DNA of 63,148 nt, filler included, from Sphacelaria rigidula (Eukaryota), in NCBI GenBank assembly GCA_964200075.2. It is 8 parts of 8 records of this genome, joined end to end, with 100 filler letters (N's around TTAATTAATTAA, not from the genome) between each part and the next. Parts side by side here need not be neighbours in the genome. Positions count along the whole stretch, not along the records: positions 1 to 7,807 come from CAXNAA020013391.1; positions 7,908 to 15,714 come from CAXNAA020013392.1; 6 more parts are not named here. The stretch is one strand, 5' to 3'. Made by a program: the position numbers and the translations under genes. Positions within the stretch are counted from its first letter, which is position 1. Each line of letters starts with the position of its first letter. Positions 1 to 13,263 of this stretch are shown piece after piece. The notes beneath the pieces are model-generated. The model made no database searches, was not told the origin of the DNA, and saw only the letters and a list, made by a program, of their open reading frames with translations.

Positions 1-527
1 TGTCCCGCTAATTTGCTACCAGAGTAAAAACTCACACAATGCAAGCAGCCAGGCTGTGCATATTTCCAACATCGCATGCTTGCGAGCGCCACGGCGTGCG
101 TCAAGGGCAGCTCTGCAGAGGATTGTGCTGGGGTGCAAAAAATCGGACTTTCGCCAAACGTGAAGGCTTGGCGAAAAAATCTCGCCGCTTCATTTTGGGA
201 GAAGGTGCGAAAAAAAGTGCGAAAACGCCTAAAATTTGGACGATCTCCCAAAACACTGTGTCGATAATAACGGCCCTTAGTCGTCTAACCGTTGAGCGTA
301 TCCAGGCGGCTGTTTGAAGGCTCGGGTAATGAGGAATGGTTCGAAGATGCTCCCTGTATCCCGTACGGCGCCACTATCCAGTACAGTATAACCCGTACCC
401 GTACCCGTACACTGGGCACGTCAAGTATCCACCCGCATGAGACGGTAAAAATACCCGGCATCCGCCCGTATTCACCAGTATGAGGCTGCGAAATACCCAG
501 TATCACCAGGATTCGCCAGTATCAGGC

Positions 528-1305
528 CAGGGGGCAACGGGGAGAAGATGTTTTGGCACGGAGCCCCCCCCCTCCTCTTAGCCGGATGCAGCTCACCCTT
601 TATGCGACTCGCCGAACACATCACAGCGCTTCGCGCTTGGTGATTGAGTGCGAGCCTGGTCCGGCGAAAACCCGGCGTGCTCCGTCCCGCATTTCTACGC
701 GGATGCGAGGTCAATGGCCGTGTATGACTATGGCATGTAAGATCATAAGTACACCCCCTCTCACCCCCCCTCGGAGGGCAGCTTCCGACAATTGTCATGA
801 TCTCGTTTTTTACAATATTGTTGCTGGGAAATTCATCAATATACGCAGGAAACATTTTTAAACCAAGAAGTCTGGTGGGCTTTGCGGGTTTCGTATATAT
901 TTGCTTCTGCTCCTTGCCCGCTCTGTCCCGGTGAGCTCAGATACCGGTCACGCTCACACATGTGTGTACACGAGCGCACGGTGACGACAGCCTACAGCCA
1001 AAGCAGTAACATTTTCTCACGCCTCACCAAACTTGCCCCGACTACTGGTAGGTACTCGAGGCACAGAACACGGAACATGATCCCATAAATGTAGTCATGG
1101 TGAGTGATGAGTTTGGGGAGGGCGGCGTGTCCGCCATGTCAGCGGTCTCCATATGGAAGGATTTCAGTAAACGGCAGCTGACCGCATCTGGCAATGCCTC
1201 GCCAATAAACTAGGGGACAGCGGGCTGGGTCCCCCCGCCCTCAAAAACTAAAATTTTCGATCTTGCGGCCTGCGTGTCTCGAAATTTTCTTCACGTCGCC
1301 TCCTG
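528..1305. mobile_element. 778-bp non-autonomous TIR element with 7-bp TSD
   Basis: TIRs CAGGGGGCAACGGGGAGAAGAT and, as reverse complement, CAGGAGGCGACGTGAAGAAAAT; ATCAGGC duplicated at 521-527 and 1306-1312. Confidence 0.72.
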
Positions 1306-2544
1306 ATCAGGCTGCAAATTTCCCGGTATCACCAGTATCCACTGCGATCATGATGAAGGCGGCGAAATACCCAGTGTCGCCAGTACCCGCCAGTATGAGG
1401 CGGCGAAATGCCCAGTATCGTCAGTACCCGCCAGTATAGGGTGGTTTATTTTGGCAGTCACAAAACTCGATCTGTACGCAGATGGGGTGAACTCAAATCG
1501 GGGAACGCCTATTATGGACCCCAATTTGGCCTAAATCGGGGAAGCCCATACTCGTATGTCACATTTTTAAGAACGGTTTCCCCGAATCTGATGAGGCGGC
1601 GAAAAGTATCGCCAGGGTCCGCCAGTATGAGGCGGTGAAGTACTCAGCATTGCCAGTATCCGCCAGGATAAGACAGCGAGCTCGCGCTTACTGAGGACGT
1701 GATCGACCCGTTGGCGACGGATTCCGACGCCTGCGGGGAAGCCAACTTCGGGCTGCCCTTTGAAGAGGACGACAATGACTGAAGACGGGGGTTGGGGTGG
1801 CGTATCAAGAACGTAGGGAGACCCCGCGTGTGGCTCGCGAGAAGTCGATGCGTGTAGGGAGGCGAGGGGATGTTGTGGCGTGGCTGAAAAAGGGGGTGCT
1901 GGCAAGGGTCTGTCAAATACCATATCTGGATACGTAGGCCCCAAGATCGAAACTTTGAGTTTTTGAAGACGGGGGGAGGGGGGGGGGGCACCCAACCCGC
2001 TACCCCCCCGTTTATTGCCGAGGCGTTGTGGTCAGCTGCCGTGTACTGAGATCCTCTGGCATTGAGACCGATAAGATGGCGGACACGCCGCCCCTCCCAA
2101 GCTCATCACTTACCACGATTACGTTTGTGGGATCATGTTCCGCGTCGTGTGCCTCGAGTACCTACCAGTAGTCCGGGCAAGATTGGCGAGGCGTGAGATA
2201 AAGTTGCTACTTTGGCTGCAGGGCTGTCGCTACCGTGCGCTCGTATGCATACATGTGTGTGAGTGTGGCCTGAATCCGAGGCCATCGCGACAGAGCGGCA
2301 AAGGAGAAGAAGCAAGTATACGACCCTCGCAAAGTTCACCAGACTTTTCAGTTTTTGTCAGTATTTCTCAGAATATTTCTTCAACAATATCAACAACAAA
2401 AAATAGAAAATAATGACGATTTTCGAACAACTGCCCTCCGGAAGGGGGGGGGGGGGGGGGGGGGAAAAAATACCTGCGGGGACAAATGGACACCGCAAAA
2501 AAAAAAAAAACAAGGACATGGGGGGGGGGAAGTGNNNNNNNNNA

Positions 2545-2593
<49 letters not shown>

Positions 2594-3070
2594 GTTTTAA
2601 AACCCCCGGCCGGGGGGGGGGGGGGGGGGGGGGGAGGTGTAACGATACCTGCGTGGACCAATGGACTCCGCGAAAAAAATAAAACTGCGACTTCGGGTGG
2701 GGGATCTGGACCTGACAGGAAGAAGCAAGATACATACCAGTAGTCGAAACGAGGAGGGAGTAGATGCACAGAGTCGCCCCTGTGGCAACGCAATAGGGAA
2801 TAGATATCATAAATAGCAGAATGCAAACTATATACAAGGAGGAACAAACATCGACAACAGTGGTAGCATGCACGGACCTCATCTACACGACGCAGCAGGG
2901 TGACCCTGACGTACCTGGGTATGCCCTCCTAACAAGAGTGGCGGGGTTCTCCTTCTCCCGAGCGAGGTGGCAAAGTTCCTCCTCCTCCTGAGTGAGGTGA
3001 TCCTCGGCCCGCCTCCTTGCGAGGAACTTACCACCCTATCCTGTGTCTTCAGTGTGGTGACCAGTCACAG

Positions 3071-3142
3071 GTAGGGCTGTCCGCTTCAATATAGGACTGT
3101 CCGGTTCCAGATAGGGCTGTCCGGTTCCACGTAGGGCTGTCC
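3071..3142. repeat. 20-bp tandem repeat (TAGGGCTGTCCGGTTCCA..), about 3.5 copies
   Basis: Directly visible. Confidence 0.85.
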
Positions 3143-3669
3143 TTAACCGAAAAAGTGTCCTTAACCCAGGGGGGCGTACTCACTTGTTGCTTGCCTTAGC
3201 CATTCGACCATTGACGACGCATCCCTTTCGAGACGGAGCCGTAACCCAGGGAGGGGGCTAACCTGCCACACGGCCTCCGTGTCCGAAATTGTTTTTCGGC
3301 AGACAGTTGGTGCTAGTTCACATTTGTGGATTCAGCCTTGGATCCATCACCGCCGCTGAATACCGCCGCTGCAGACTTTTGATTTCACTGCTCCCCCATA
3401 AAACTATGTTTGCTTGTTTTTAGTCACAGATAAATGAGTTCGGGTACTTGTTGGTATGGCCGTCAAAGTGTCAGCTTTCCGGCAGCTGCGTGCTTCCCGG
3501 CCCTTTCCTGCTGCGTTGTGTGTCGCTTCGTGTGATGAGGAAATAATACACTTGTACTACTACTTGTTCGTGGGTGTGGTGGTATTCCTGGATACGAAGT
3601 GCTGGAGGTCTGCACGTGCTTGGAAGTTTTATGTTCTTTGGCTCACCCTATCACCACGCCAACGTGTTG

Positions 3670-4215
3670 GATGGAGTGGATACCAGTATCCACCAGCACG
3701 AGGCTGCGGAATATCCGGTGTAGAAATATCCAGTATGGACACACGATAAACCAGTATTAGGAGGCAATAATACCCTGTATCCGCCAGTATCCGCCAGTAT
3801 CAGGCGGCAAAAATACCCAGTATCATCCCGAGCATTCGCCAGTATCAGTCTTCGAAATACGCAGTTTCGCCAGTATGCACCAGAATTAGAGGAGACATAC
3901 CCAGCATCCGCTAGTATTCGCCAGTACAAGGGGCAAAAATACCCAGTATTACCAGCATCGTCCAGTATCAGGCCGGAAAATACGCAGTATCGCCAGTATC
4001 CACCCGTATGAGACGACAAAAATACCTATTTTTCGCCAGTGTCCACAAGCATTGGACTGCGAAATACCCAGTATCACCATAATCCGCCTGTATCAGGCTG
4101 CAAAATACGCAGTATCGCCAATACCCGCCAGTATATGGCGACAAAAATACCCAGTATCACCAATATCTGCCAGTATCAGGCGGCAAAAATACCCAGTATC
4201 ATCAGTGTCCATCGG
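3670..4215. repeat. Minisatellite, ~40-bp unit (AGGCGGCAAAAATACCCAGTATCGCCAGTATCCGCCAGTATC-like); related arrays at ~420-527 and ~1306-1670
   Basis: CCAGTAT subunits visibly repeated at regular spacing. Confidence 0.85.
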
Positions 4216-4222
4216 TATGTGA

Positions 4223-4525
4223 TGACAACGTTGTCGTGAGATTGAGAGTAGAATTGATTGAGAGAGAGTTTCACAATTCATTCGCTTTAACTTGACCATT
4301 TTTTTGTTCTCTGTGTGCTTTTCGTTGCCTGTAACGCTGGCGTGTGCTTATAGCTACATGTCGATATCCTACTCAGGGATACCGAGGACTTCAGTGGCAC
4401 GCTACTACAAAAAGCGTTTACGAGGCCCGGAGGGGCATTTCGGACCTGAAACTGTTCTTTCATTAATTGACCGCCTATCGCTCCCAATCATGCCCTCTAC
4501 TGTCAATATCACGAAATCGTTGTTA
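4223..4525 (+). mobile_element. ~300-bp MITE; further copies at 15131-15433 (-) and ~30065-30310 (+, partial)
   Basis: ~28-bp TIRs (ACAACGTTGTCGTGAGATTGAGAGTAGA / ACAACGATTTCGTGATATTGACAGTAGA). Shared core TCGATATCCTACTC.GGGATA and GAGGGGCATTTCGGA in three contigs. Confidence 0.75.
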
Positions 4526-5140
4526 GATGGGGATTTACGGGGGGCGTACGGGTACGGGCCAGTACGGAAATCCATACGGGCCGTAGTGGTACGGGTCATA
4601 CGGGGAGCACCTTTGCAGCGTTTGCGCCCTTCGCCACAAAAAGCACCGAGGCTATTTGAAGTATAAGTGATTCAACATTACGCGTCACAAGCTGCTCCAA
4701 GGGTGCAAAATTTGCGGGCACGACAAAGTAACTACCACCAGAAGGCCCTCGGATTGTGCGCGATGTCCAACGAAACACTTCCTTTTACTATAGTTGTAGA
4801 TAACCGGAAAGTAGAACGTTTTTCCGCGACCAGAGAACAACAGCTGCAACGTTTCTGATCGTTCGATCGTTTGATGGCACATGCAGGAAACGACAGCGGG
4901 CTCGGCGTTCTTGTGCTCATGCTCGCACCGATGCTTATGCAGCTGCAGCTGTTAGTCGCCACCATCGCGAATGGTGAGTGAATCTTCGCCTGCGTTTTTA
5001 TATGCCCTCGTATGTTGCTCACTCGTTCCGCGTGTTGGTCGATTGACCGTTGTGATCCCCTTGAGATGGTAGTCGAAGATGCAACACGAACCCCTCTCTT
5101 TTCTGTGCGTGTCTCGCCATACAAAGCGTGCATCATTCGA

Positions 5141-5346
5141 AATAGAAAGTTCCGGGAAACGCTTTTGTGTCATTTCAGAGTGCAAACATCTCAGGATCAG
5201 AGTATAACGAAACATTATTTCCCCCTCCGGCAAATGTGGTATCCCCTTATATTTTTTTCGATGACGTGTTTTTTTATTCTGCACTCTGATACTGAGATAT
5301 TTTTACTCTTAAATGACACAAAAAGCGTTTTCCGAAACTCTCTACT
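5141..5346. mobile_element. Palindromic (foldback) MITE
   Basis: Inverted arms of ~70 bp (GAAACGCTTTTGTGTCATTT...AAATGACACAAAAAGCGTTTTC). Confidence 0.65.
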
Positions 5347-7807
5347 ATGGTTCACGAACGTGTTCAGTTACTTTTCCTCGCCCGTGCTGTACTAGTAAGC
5401 ACAAGCGGCTGAGTGAAGAACAGGTGGCATGTCTCTCTCGGTTCCATCTCCTGAATTCATCACCATCTGCTTGCCTTGTGTGTCGAAGCCGCTTCTCGAA
5501 TAATTATATTACGCGCCCTTTCAGACTGCGGCCTAAGTGATTTCCAAGTATGAGAATGGCGATGCGTTCGAGTTTGAACCGGCACTTGGTTGTGTCGCTA
5601 TTCTGGATTCTTTTGTTGGAATAACTCGTGCTCGTAGCGCTGTCCTTACGACAGGCTGACTACCGTTCAGCGAACGGTAGTATGCAGAGGTTGCACCGTC
5701 GTTGATTAAACGACTTGCTTCAGCAGCTCAGAATAAAATCAGTGAGACAAACGGTTGATTGAGCTCTTTATCTGACCAAGAAAGACAGAACGCACAGTCT
5801 CTTCTCAAAGCAGAGAACTAACAGCGAATCCTGAAAAATGGGGTCCATCTCAAATATGAGTTTTAGTGGCATATGTTTTTTGCAGGGATGACGCGAAACA
5901 GTAACACAGAGCGAAACCACATTTCCCCCCAAAACTCCGCAACTGTGAATGATCAGTTGTGGCAAAATGCACCGAACGACTGCGGTGTACACGCGTGTCG
6001 ATGACGATATCACCCGAGAGAGAAGCAACCACAGAGAGGAAGCTCTTCGTCCGTGTCCTTTGTGTGCCCTCGCTGGGTGATTACCAATCGCTCGAGAGAC
6101 TGGCATCATGCGTGTTACCAGCACGTGCCGACTTTCTCATGTACCTGTAGGTATCCCCAAAGATCACCAACCTGCGGAGAGATTTCGTCTCTTTGTCTCT
6201 GGAGGTCACCAATGCGAAGATCGATTTCTCTCCACCTCTCTTTTCGGACAGGACGCGCTTCTGTGCGCTGGAAAACAAGGTAATATTCCCGTCATCGCTA
6301 CTGCTGTTCTCTGTCACACACATGCCAGCAAGGATGTTGCGCTGCGGCAAAAGTAACTGATGATCCAATTTGAACTTGGGGGGTGATATTCATCATTGAT
6401 TCTCCCGACATGACGTATCTGACCATCATGGCGCCCGAACACAAGAGCCTGCCACAGGCCAGTTGGGGTGTGTGTAAGAGAGAAATCGAAAACTTGTCGA
6501 GACCTTCTTGGCATGCGGAGTGAAAAACGATACCTAACCCTAACCCTAACCCAAGGTATAGGGCCGGAATCACCTTCAAGGAGTGATTCCTTCTCACTAC
6601 CTCCCTTGGCCAGGGCCGTGGTGTGGTACTAGAGTTGGGTCAGCGCGGTGATCATCAGGCACACCCACCCCTGTTGTATGCGGCACTAGAATATGTCAAC
6701 ACCCTCAGTGTGGGCATATCCTGCGTTACAAGCAGTGTAATGTGTCAACACCCCGAGTGTGGGCATGTTGGGATACGGTGTGTGCGCGGAGGCAGTTGAC
6801 ACCGCTGTCGAAAGCTGGCACGCACACAATTGATACAAAGGAGCGTGTGCCGGTGTGTTGACTGGTTTCGGCGACATGGATGGAGGAGGAGCGGTCGTCG
6901 ACGGATGGGTTAGGTCTGGTTGAGCCTCCTGGACGAGAAACTTCCCACAGACCAGAACCAGAGGGCATACCGAAGGAGGAAGTGTTTCATCACGAAACGA
7001 AGCAGGGAGGGCAGTGTTTGGGGATCATGGACACGGGAGAGGATGGGCGGTTGGTTTGTCCATGGACGCTGGTGAGGACAGATGGGAGCGTCCTATGTCA
7101 ACTTCAAAAAGGACCTTGCAGCGGAGAAGAGCAGAGCAGATGGCTAATTTTTGTTGTGGGCGGGATATTTTTGTCTGTTGGGTTTCTGGTACAGTTGTTT
7201 GTTGTGGATACTATGTACAGATGGCATCCCATGTTTTCATGGTCGATAATAGGACACTCTAAACGGATTCTGTTTTTTGCTGATAGCGCTATCCGTGTGC
7301 ACGCTGGACACACCCTGTCTGTTGTGTTTCCATGACGATGCTACTTGACCAGAAACCGTTAGGGGTCATAGTTCCTCGCTTTCCCTCCTCGTTGCCATCA
7401 GGTTGCCCTTTTTTGTTATCCTTGTCTTTTATGGATCGTCCTATCTAGCGTTGTTCAGTCCCCGGTGCGCAGGCTTTGTAGAGCATCTCTTTGAACAGCA
7501 CTCCAGACAGTAGATCTATTTTGGGATTGGTCTCTGTTTTAGGCGACAGTTTTGACTATCGGCTTACTCGCTGTCACTACTCTGTGTATACCCCAGGACG
7601 TGGCAAAGTAGTCGGAGAGGTCACACGCGGCGACTTCTTAGATCCTAGTACAAGTAGGTCTCCTGTAGTTCATCGGTCTCATACAGATCTTTCGTAGTGT
7701 AGGTGCTTTTGTTTCGTGTAGATGTTTAGTTTTTTGCCTTCTTCTGCGGGCTGTTTGGGTTATGCATATGGGTGGTATGTTCCTTGCACTCTGTGACCAC
7801 GGGTTCG

Positions 7808-7907
7808 NNNNNNNNNNNNNNNNNNNNNNNNNNNNNNNNNNNNNNNNNNNNTTAATTAATTAANNNNNNNNNNNNNNNNNNNNNNNNNNNNNNNNNNNNN
7901 NNNNNNN
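7808..7907. other. Artificial contig linker
   Basis: N44-TTAATTAATTAA-N44 (stop codons in all six frames). Confidence 0.97.
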
Positions 7908-7938
7908 CTTGTCGCACATGGCGTGCATGTACAAGCCA

Positions 7939-8024
7939 TTCACGCCTTGAGTCACGAAGAAGGGTTGACTGCGTGAATTACATCACGCCTTGAGTCATGA
8001 AGAAGGGTTGACTGCGTGAATTAC
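7939..8024. repeat. ~43-bp tandem duplication
   Basis: TCACGCCTTGAGTCAYGAAGAAGGGTTGACTGCGTGAATTACA twice. Confidence 0.85.
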
Positions 8025-9302
8025 AGCTGATGTACGAACCGCATGATTTATTCATTGAAATGATGACTTTGAGTTGACTCACGAGTTGATTTGTCCTAAC
8101 TGTGCAATCTACCAGGACAACTAAAAACATCCTCTGTCTTAGATCAAAGGACATATTTTCAAAAGTGTGATTTTGCCCCAGAGTACAGTATACTGCTGCT
8201 GTGTTGGTTAAAACGTTCAATGCATGCACGGCCGTCTGTTAGCATATTGCATTTTTGTACTAATCGGCAACTATTGTTGTCGTTCAGATATCCACTCATG
8301 GGTCGCACGCCGCACAGTACGAGCACATAGTCCAGACACACCAGTAGTCCACGTTGATGTAGCGCCAGCAGGCAGACCTGAAACGATAAGGGCAGCCATA
8401 GCGTGTATATCGTGCTACGGTACACATGGTTGTTTGTCTGTTGGGGGGTTGAATCGGTAGGGCAGTAGTCACCTTGTTGCAAACGACATGGTGCCAAGAA
8501 CACATGACACGACCTTTAAATATACCGATCAGAAACTTGTGTTCAAAAGTCTGCGCGTGGTCCCTGGTCAACACGTACGTCGATATACATAGTCAGGGCA
8601 CGCATATAGCTTGATGTTATGTAACGCCCCATTTTTCGTCACCTGCTCCCCAGCGTACAGTTCATCATAGAGGAGTGCGTGCGACCCGCAGTCGCCACCT
8701 GCAGGACATCTGACGAACGTCGTACGGTCATATCCATCAGCTGGTGCGTTTGTGCTGCACAGGTTATTTTACTCGACAAACATTCCGAGGCGTTCTCCAC
8801 ATTCGCTTTCTTGCTACGAGGGAGATCCGTTTATATCCCATGTTCCATTGTTTTTCTCCGATGTGTTGATAGGTTTGTCCTCTAGAATACTCCAGGTTCA
8901 TGTTGAAATAAGATCACATCAATTTTTCGCAGATTTGCGATTCTCTCGATTTTCAGTCGTTTTTGTTGCCAAGTTGCTGTTGTTTTCCTATTTTCCGACG
9001 CGTGTGATCGTGTCGGAGTGTAAACACCCACCAACAGTATCCCATGCATCCGGGGGCACAGACACTGACGCCACCAACGCACCCGCCCGATCTACCAGTT
9101 CACCCGCCTAACGCAACCCAGCCAACGCCACCTTACAAAAGCAGTACACCCGAATTGGAGGGCACAGACGCCCACACACACCCAAGCCACCATCCAACCC
9201 ATCCCATTCCAATCATGGAACCCACCAACAAAACGACAAAACCAACCCAGCCGACCCAACTTTACAAAAGCATTATGCTCAAACTGGAGGGCACAGACCT
9301 GA

Positions 9303-9333
<31 letters not shown>

Positions 9334-12250
9334 ATCCGTCCAATCCACCTCAGCCCAACCAACGAACCCGGCCTAACCAACTAAACCAACCGACCCAACC
9401 AACGGACCCATCAACCCACTAACAGACACACGCATCTGTTCCACCGAGCCACTCACCAAGCCAACCGTGCAGTTGCTCCGCGCCCCACCCCACGCAACCC
9501 ACCCCCCAACCGACTTACCCGTGAGTAGCGTCGCCTGTTTTGTCACAGATGTATTTGAAGAAGATACCTTTTTATACATAGAAGCCCAATAAGTCGCTTT
9601 TTCAACACTCATCCCCTCATGCATCAGAGCACAGAGGCGAGTCTTCCTCCCCAGCTCGCTCACCATCACAACCACGTCTTCGGCTTCTTGTATGTCACCG
9701 GCCGGTGCATGGATATTTCAATCTACTGTACTGTCATTGTCAGATTCGCACGCGCGAGCATAATTAACTTCACCATATCGCCTTTTCACACTTCAGACAG
9801 CTCGTGAACTCGCTCATCTGCGGGCGGTAGTTCACTTGTAGTCAAGCATGTACGTGTGAGCTACGTCCGATAGCTCATCCAGAATAAGCACGCGTTAGTG
9901 AGCTACGAGTTGGTAGCTCACCCAAGACAACCACTCGGAGCTAAAACAGCTCTCATTACTCACCCGGTACGAATATGAGCCACGACTGGGTAGCTCACCC
10001 AGGGCAAACGTTCGTAGCTCATGTACCTCACATACCTCAGTACGAAGCTATGCCAAATAAGAGCCAGGTCAAGCTGCATGAAGGTGATCTGTCCGACGTG
10101 TGAAGCTTCCACGGGAATCGTAGGTAAGGTACAATACCGAGCGTACCCCCGGTATTTACCGGTGTTATACCGTGGTATGCGTGGGTACCATTCTAATTTT
10201 ACAAAGTAAAGTTGGTTTCTGCTGAGGGCAAAAATTCGACTACGAGGTTTTTTGCGACCCCGTTTTTGCGTCCGGGTTCTTACGTCGTGATTCTTGCGAT
10301 CGGATCCTCGCGACAGTTTTTTTGCTAGATTTTCCCGGTCTAAAGCCCTTATCGATTTCGGTCTTTTGGCGATAACTTCGTCAAACGGACACCAAACGCA
10401 TCCTTCTACAAGGGACACCTGGACACACAGCAGTTGCCGCTGTCTACCTAGTATCATTCTCCAAATCGAAGCCTTGAGTGAGGACCTCCAGCGTTTGGTG
10501 CCCATGTACAAGAAAGGGTGATCTTCATCTATCTAGTATCATGCTCCAAAACGTACCTGACAAGGGAGCAACACCCCCGTACAGACAGTAGTAATGCTAG
10601 CGGATACTACGTCCTGAGAGTCTGTGACAGTCTTGCAGCCGGCAAGGTGGTTATGGTAGTGTTATAATTTGTTCTCTCCGCTGCTGCGAGGTCGCGAAGA
10701 TGATTCTAGCTTCTGGGGGTTCGGTCGAAGGCTCACACTCTACACCTGTCGAACATTCCACATATCTGATGTATCAACCATGTGCACTATCAAGAGTCAT
10801 TCATGGTTGTCATGTGTCATCTTTTCTGAGGTCGTTAGACAGGGGTGAGGTTTTCGCGTTTTGTGGAGACCGGTGAGGGTCGGAGGCGCGTGTTTTGGAT
10901 CATACTCATCGCCACGGCCATCGATTGGGATGCGACTTTTTGCATCTTCTGCCCCAAGATGACAGCTACAATTGTACCGGATGAAATGTTTTTATTTCAT
11001 CAGGATGCGAGTTTTATGATGGAATGAGTGAGAAAAAACATGTTTGTTTTGCGATTTTCTCTATTACCCTAAGTTCTTTGGGACAACCATCCGGTCCGAT
11101 TGTAGCTTGGAGAAATACACGCCGGTGAGTAGCCGAGCCACGCCGTGGTTCGTACTCTGGAACAAGAAAGCTTTGAGACCGTGAAATAGAAACCCTACTC
11201 AAATCAACAGTACTTTGTGGGATTTTGCGGCGTGCATAGTGAGGGGATGAACGAGATCTCCCGTGTGTTTGTGCTTTTGGTCGGTGACACTTTTTGAGCT
11301 CATGTTGGGGGGTCAGGCGCGCCCATAACAGTAGTATCGGCTCCACACCCGCAGGATAACCTTCGCATTGTATCCGGTAAAACGCATTGAATTAAATTAC
11401 ACGCGCAGAGAGCGTCATGTTCGACCAGCACGGGGGCTAGCGTTTTCCTTGTTGGCGACATCGTGCCAGCGCGCTTGTGCCTAAAGCGCTGACTCCCCTG
11501 TGGCAGCCCGTCACGGTAGTGCTCCTCATGTTTTATCAGGCTTGACTCGAAAACACGCAGAAGAGATGCTAGCGAGTCCATCGTTGTTGCACTTGGATTG
11601 TGGTGAATCAGTTGTTTTCGATAGAACCCCCGCATGCTGCGTGTTATACCAACTACTGTAGAATACCGTACCAGTTCAAAAACGGATACTGTATATGCAT
11701 TATGTATAGGCCATCGACATGGCTCTGGTTACCATGCAGTGCGTACGAGGCGCGGGGAGCGTAGTTTTTGTCAGGGAGTGCTAGGACGCAACCAAACTGC
11801 AGTACAGGCAGTATGAAGCACGTGATTCGAACGAGACACCATACGAAACATTTACATTATGCGAAGCACCTGAGCGTTTTGGTACTGAAACGAGTCCACC
11901 AGTCCCTCCACTGCCTACCGTACGAAGGTAGCAAGGGACGAATCAATAATTCGTTCGGTAATCATTCGATTTTCAGTGTGATTGACTCGTACCGTATGAA
12001 TCAATCCTTGGGCTTTGTTTTCATCGTTGCAACCCTGGTACGCCTAGCGCAGGCACGTGGAATGGCGCAAAAGTTGCGTGGAGACCTGTTTGACCAGCGG
12101 TCGACTTTTGTTACTCTCTTTCGAGCAATCAGCCCTGAGAAATCGTGGATTTGGTGATTCAAATCGGCGATGATTGTCCAAACCATGGAAGATAGATACC
12201 TTGTGTAGATTACAAAATATGATCCGGGCAGGCCGTTTCATTTAGAGTAG

Positions 12251-12356
12251 AAGGGCCCAGCCGAGACCACTCCGGTTTTACCGCCGAAATCCGAGACGGC
12301 AACGTCGCGAGCACCGAAATACATTGAAATGGGAAGCGCCCTGGACACATGGCAAT
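12251..12356 (+). repeat. Dispersed repeat, second copy at 16811-16915
   Basis: CCAGCCGAGACCACTC...CACCGAAATA.ATTGAAAT.GGAAGCGCCCTGG in both copies. Confidence 0.75.
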
Positions 12357-12669
12357 CTATAGATATGAGGTTTCAGAATACCTGATTGAGTGGGTACGGT
12401 AGGTTTTGACATCTCGAAAAACGTGGTATGGTAGGTACGGTAGGTATCGTAAGTATGAGTTATGAAAATTCCTGATTGAGCGGGTACGGTAGGTACTGGT
12501 ATCCCGAAATACCGTGGTATTGTAGGTACCGTACGTATGGGTTTCGAAAATACTCGATTCCGTTTGTACCGGCAGGGTATGATATGTCCCAAATACCAGT
12601 ACCGGGTACCTACCCCACTACCCTCTATACCGACTTCAAAACTGCCACCCGGCAGTGCGGAGGAACGTG

Positions 12670-13263
12670 TCAGGTTTCACCAGCCTCCTTGTCTGCGACT
12701 GTCGTTGCCACATGAATGATATTATCGTCGCTGTCTTTGCACGAAATTGTGAGCATAACGCCGTTCCAAACTCCCTTCAAGTGGCCGGCATCCGTGCAAA
12801 ATGTATGTCGTGGATAAATACGGGTTTTGTATTCCGCGCGAGAGACAGGAGGGGCACCGAGGCACGTACTGTAATGAGGAAACACCCGTGGGAACGAGAC
12901 ATGACGGAAGGTCTGTTCAATGTCGTCGCGGGCGGTGATTCGATTAGACAACCGGGTATCAAACAAAGAATTGAAAGATCGGAGCGTAGCGGCATCTGCG
13001 GTTCGTGTATCGGAACGAACCGTCACATGATGCAACGGATCAAGCCGCCGGATTACAGCGGAGCAGGAATCGGATTCAGGATAGTCAGATATGTATTTAT
13101 GTACATGTATCGGTTCACATTTCCCACCACTTTTGCCGAGTTTTCTCTGGCGGCAAGGTATCTTGTCACGCGCTTTCTTTTGCGGTGCACGAAAAAGGCG
13201 TAGTGGTACATTACCCTTCAGGTTCGGGTGTCGTCTGATCCCTTTGGCGCGTGGTCTGGCCAC
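12670..13263 (-). pseudogene. Mutator/MULE transposase fragment
   Basis: FCTDAGHLKGVWNGVMLTISCKDSDDNIIHVATTVADKE matches the MULE first-Asp motif (DgtfLkgky.g.ll.a...Dannni.p.a.a.v..E). Asp at 12792-12790; the frame ends shortly after. Confidence 0.8.

Noticed and set aside
2441..2690. Poly-K/G/P/F ORFs and a ~45-bp duplication across a short N gap
   Set aside because: Homopolymer runs and a low-quality gap overlap; likely a sequencing or assembly artefact.
2638..3069. Possible solo LTR (TGTAAC...GTCACA preceded by a G-run)
   Set aside because: No TSD, partner LTR or internal domain, and it lies next to unreliable sequence.
3670..4215. CRISPR-like regularly spaced repeats
   Set aside because: Units are degenerate tandem copies without unique spacers; no cas genes; eukaryotic context.
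8296..8574. GCPYRFR motif resembling a MULE/FAR1 DNA-binding domain
   Set aside because: Too short, with no other supporting residues.
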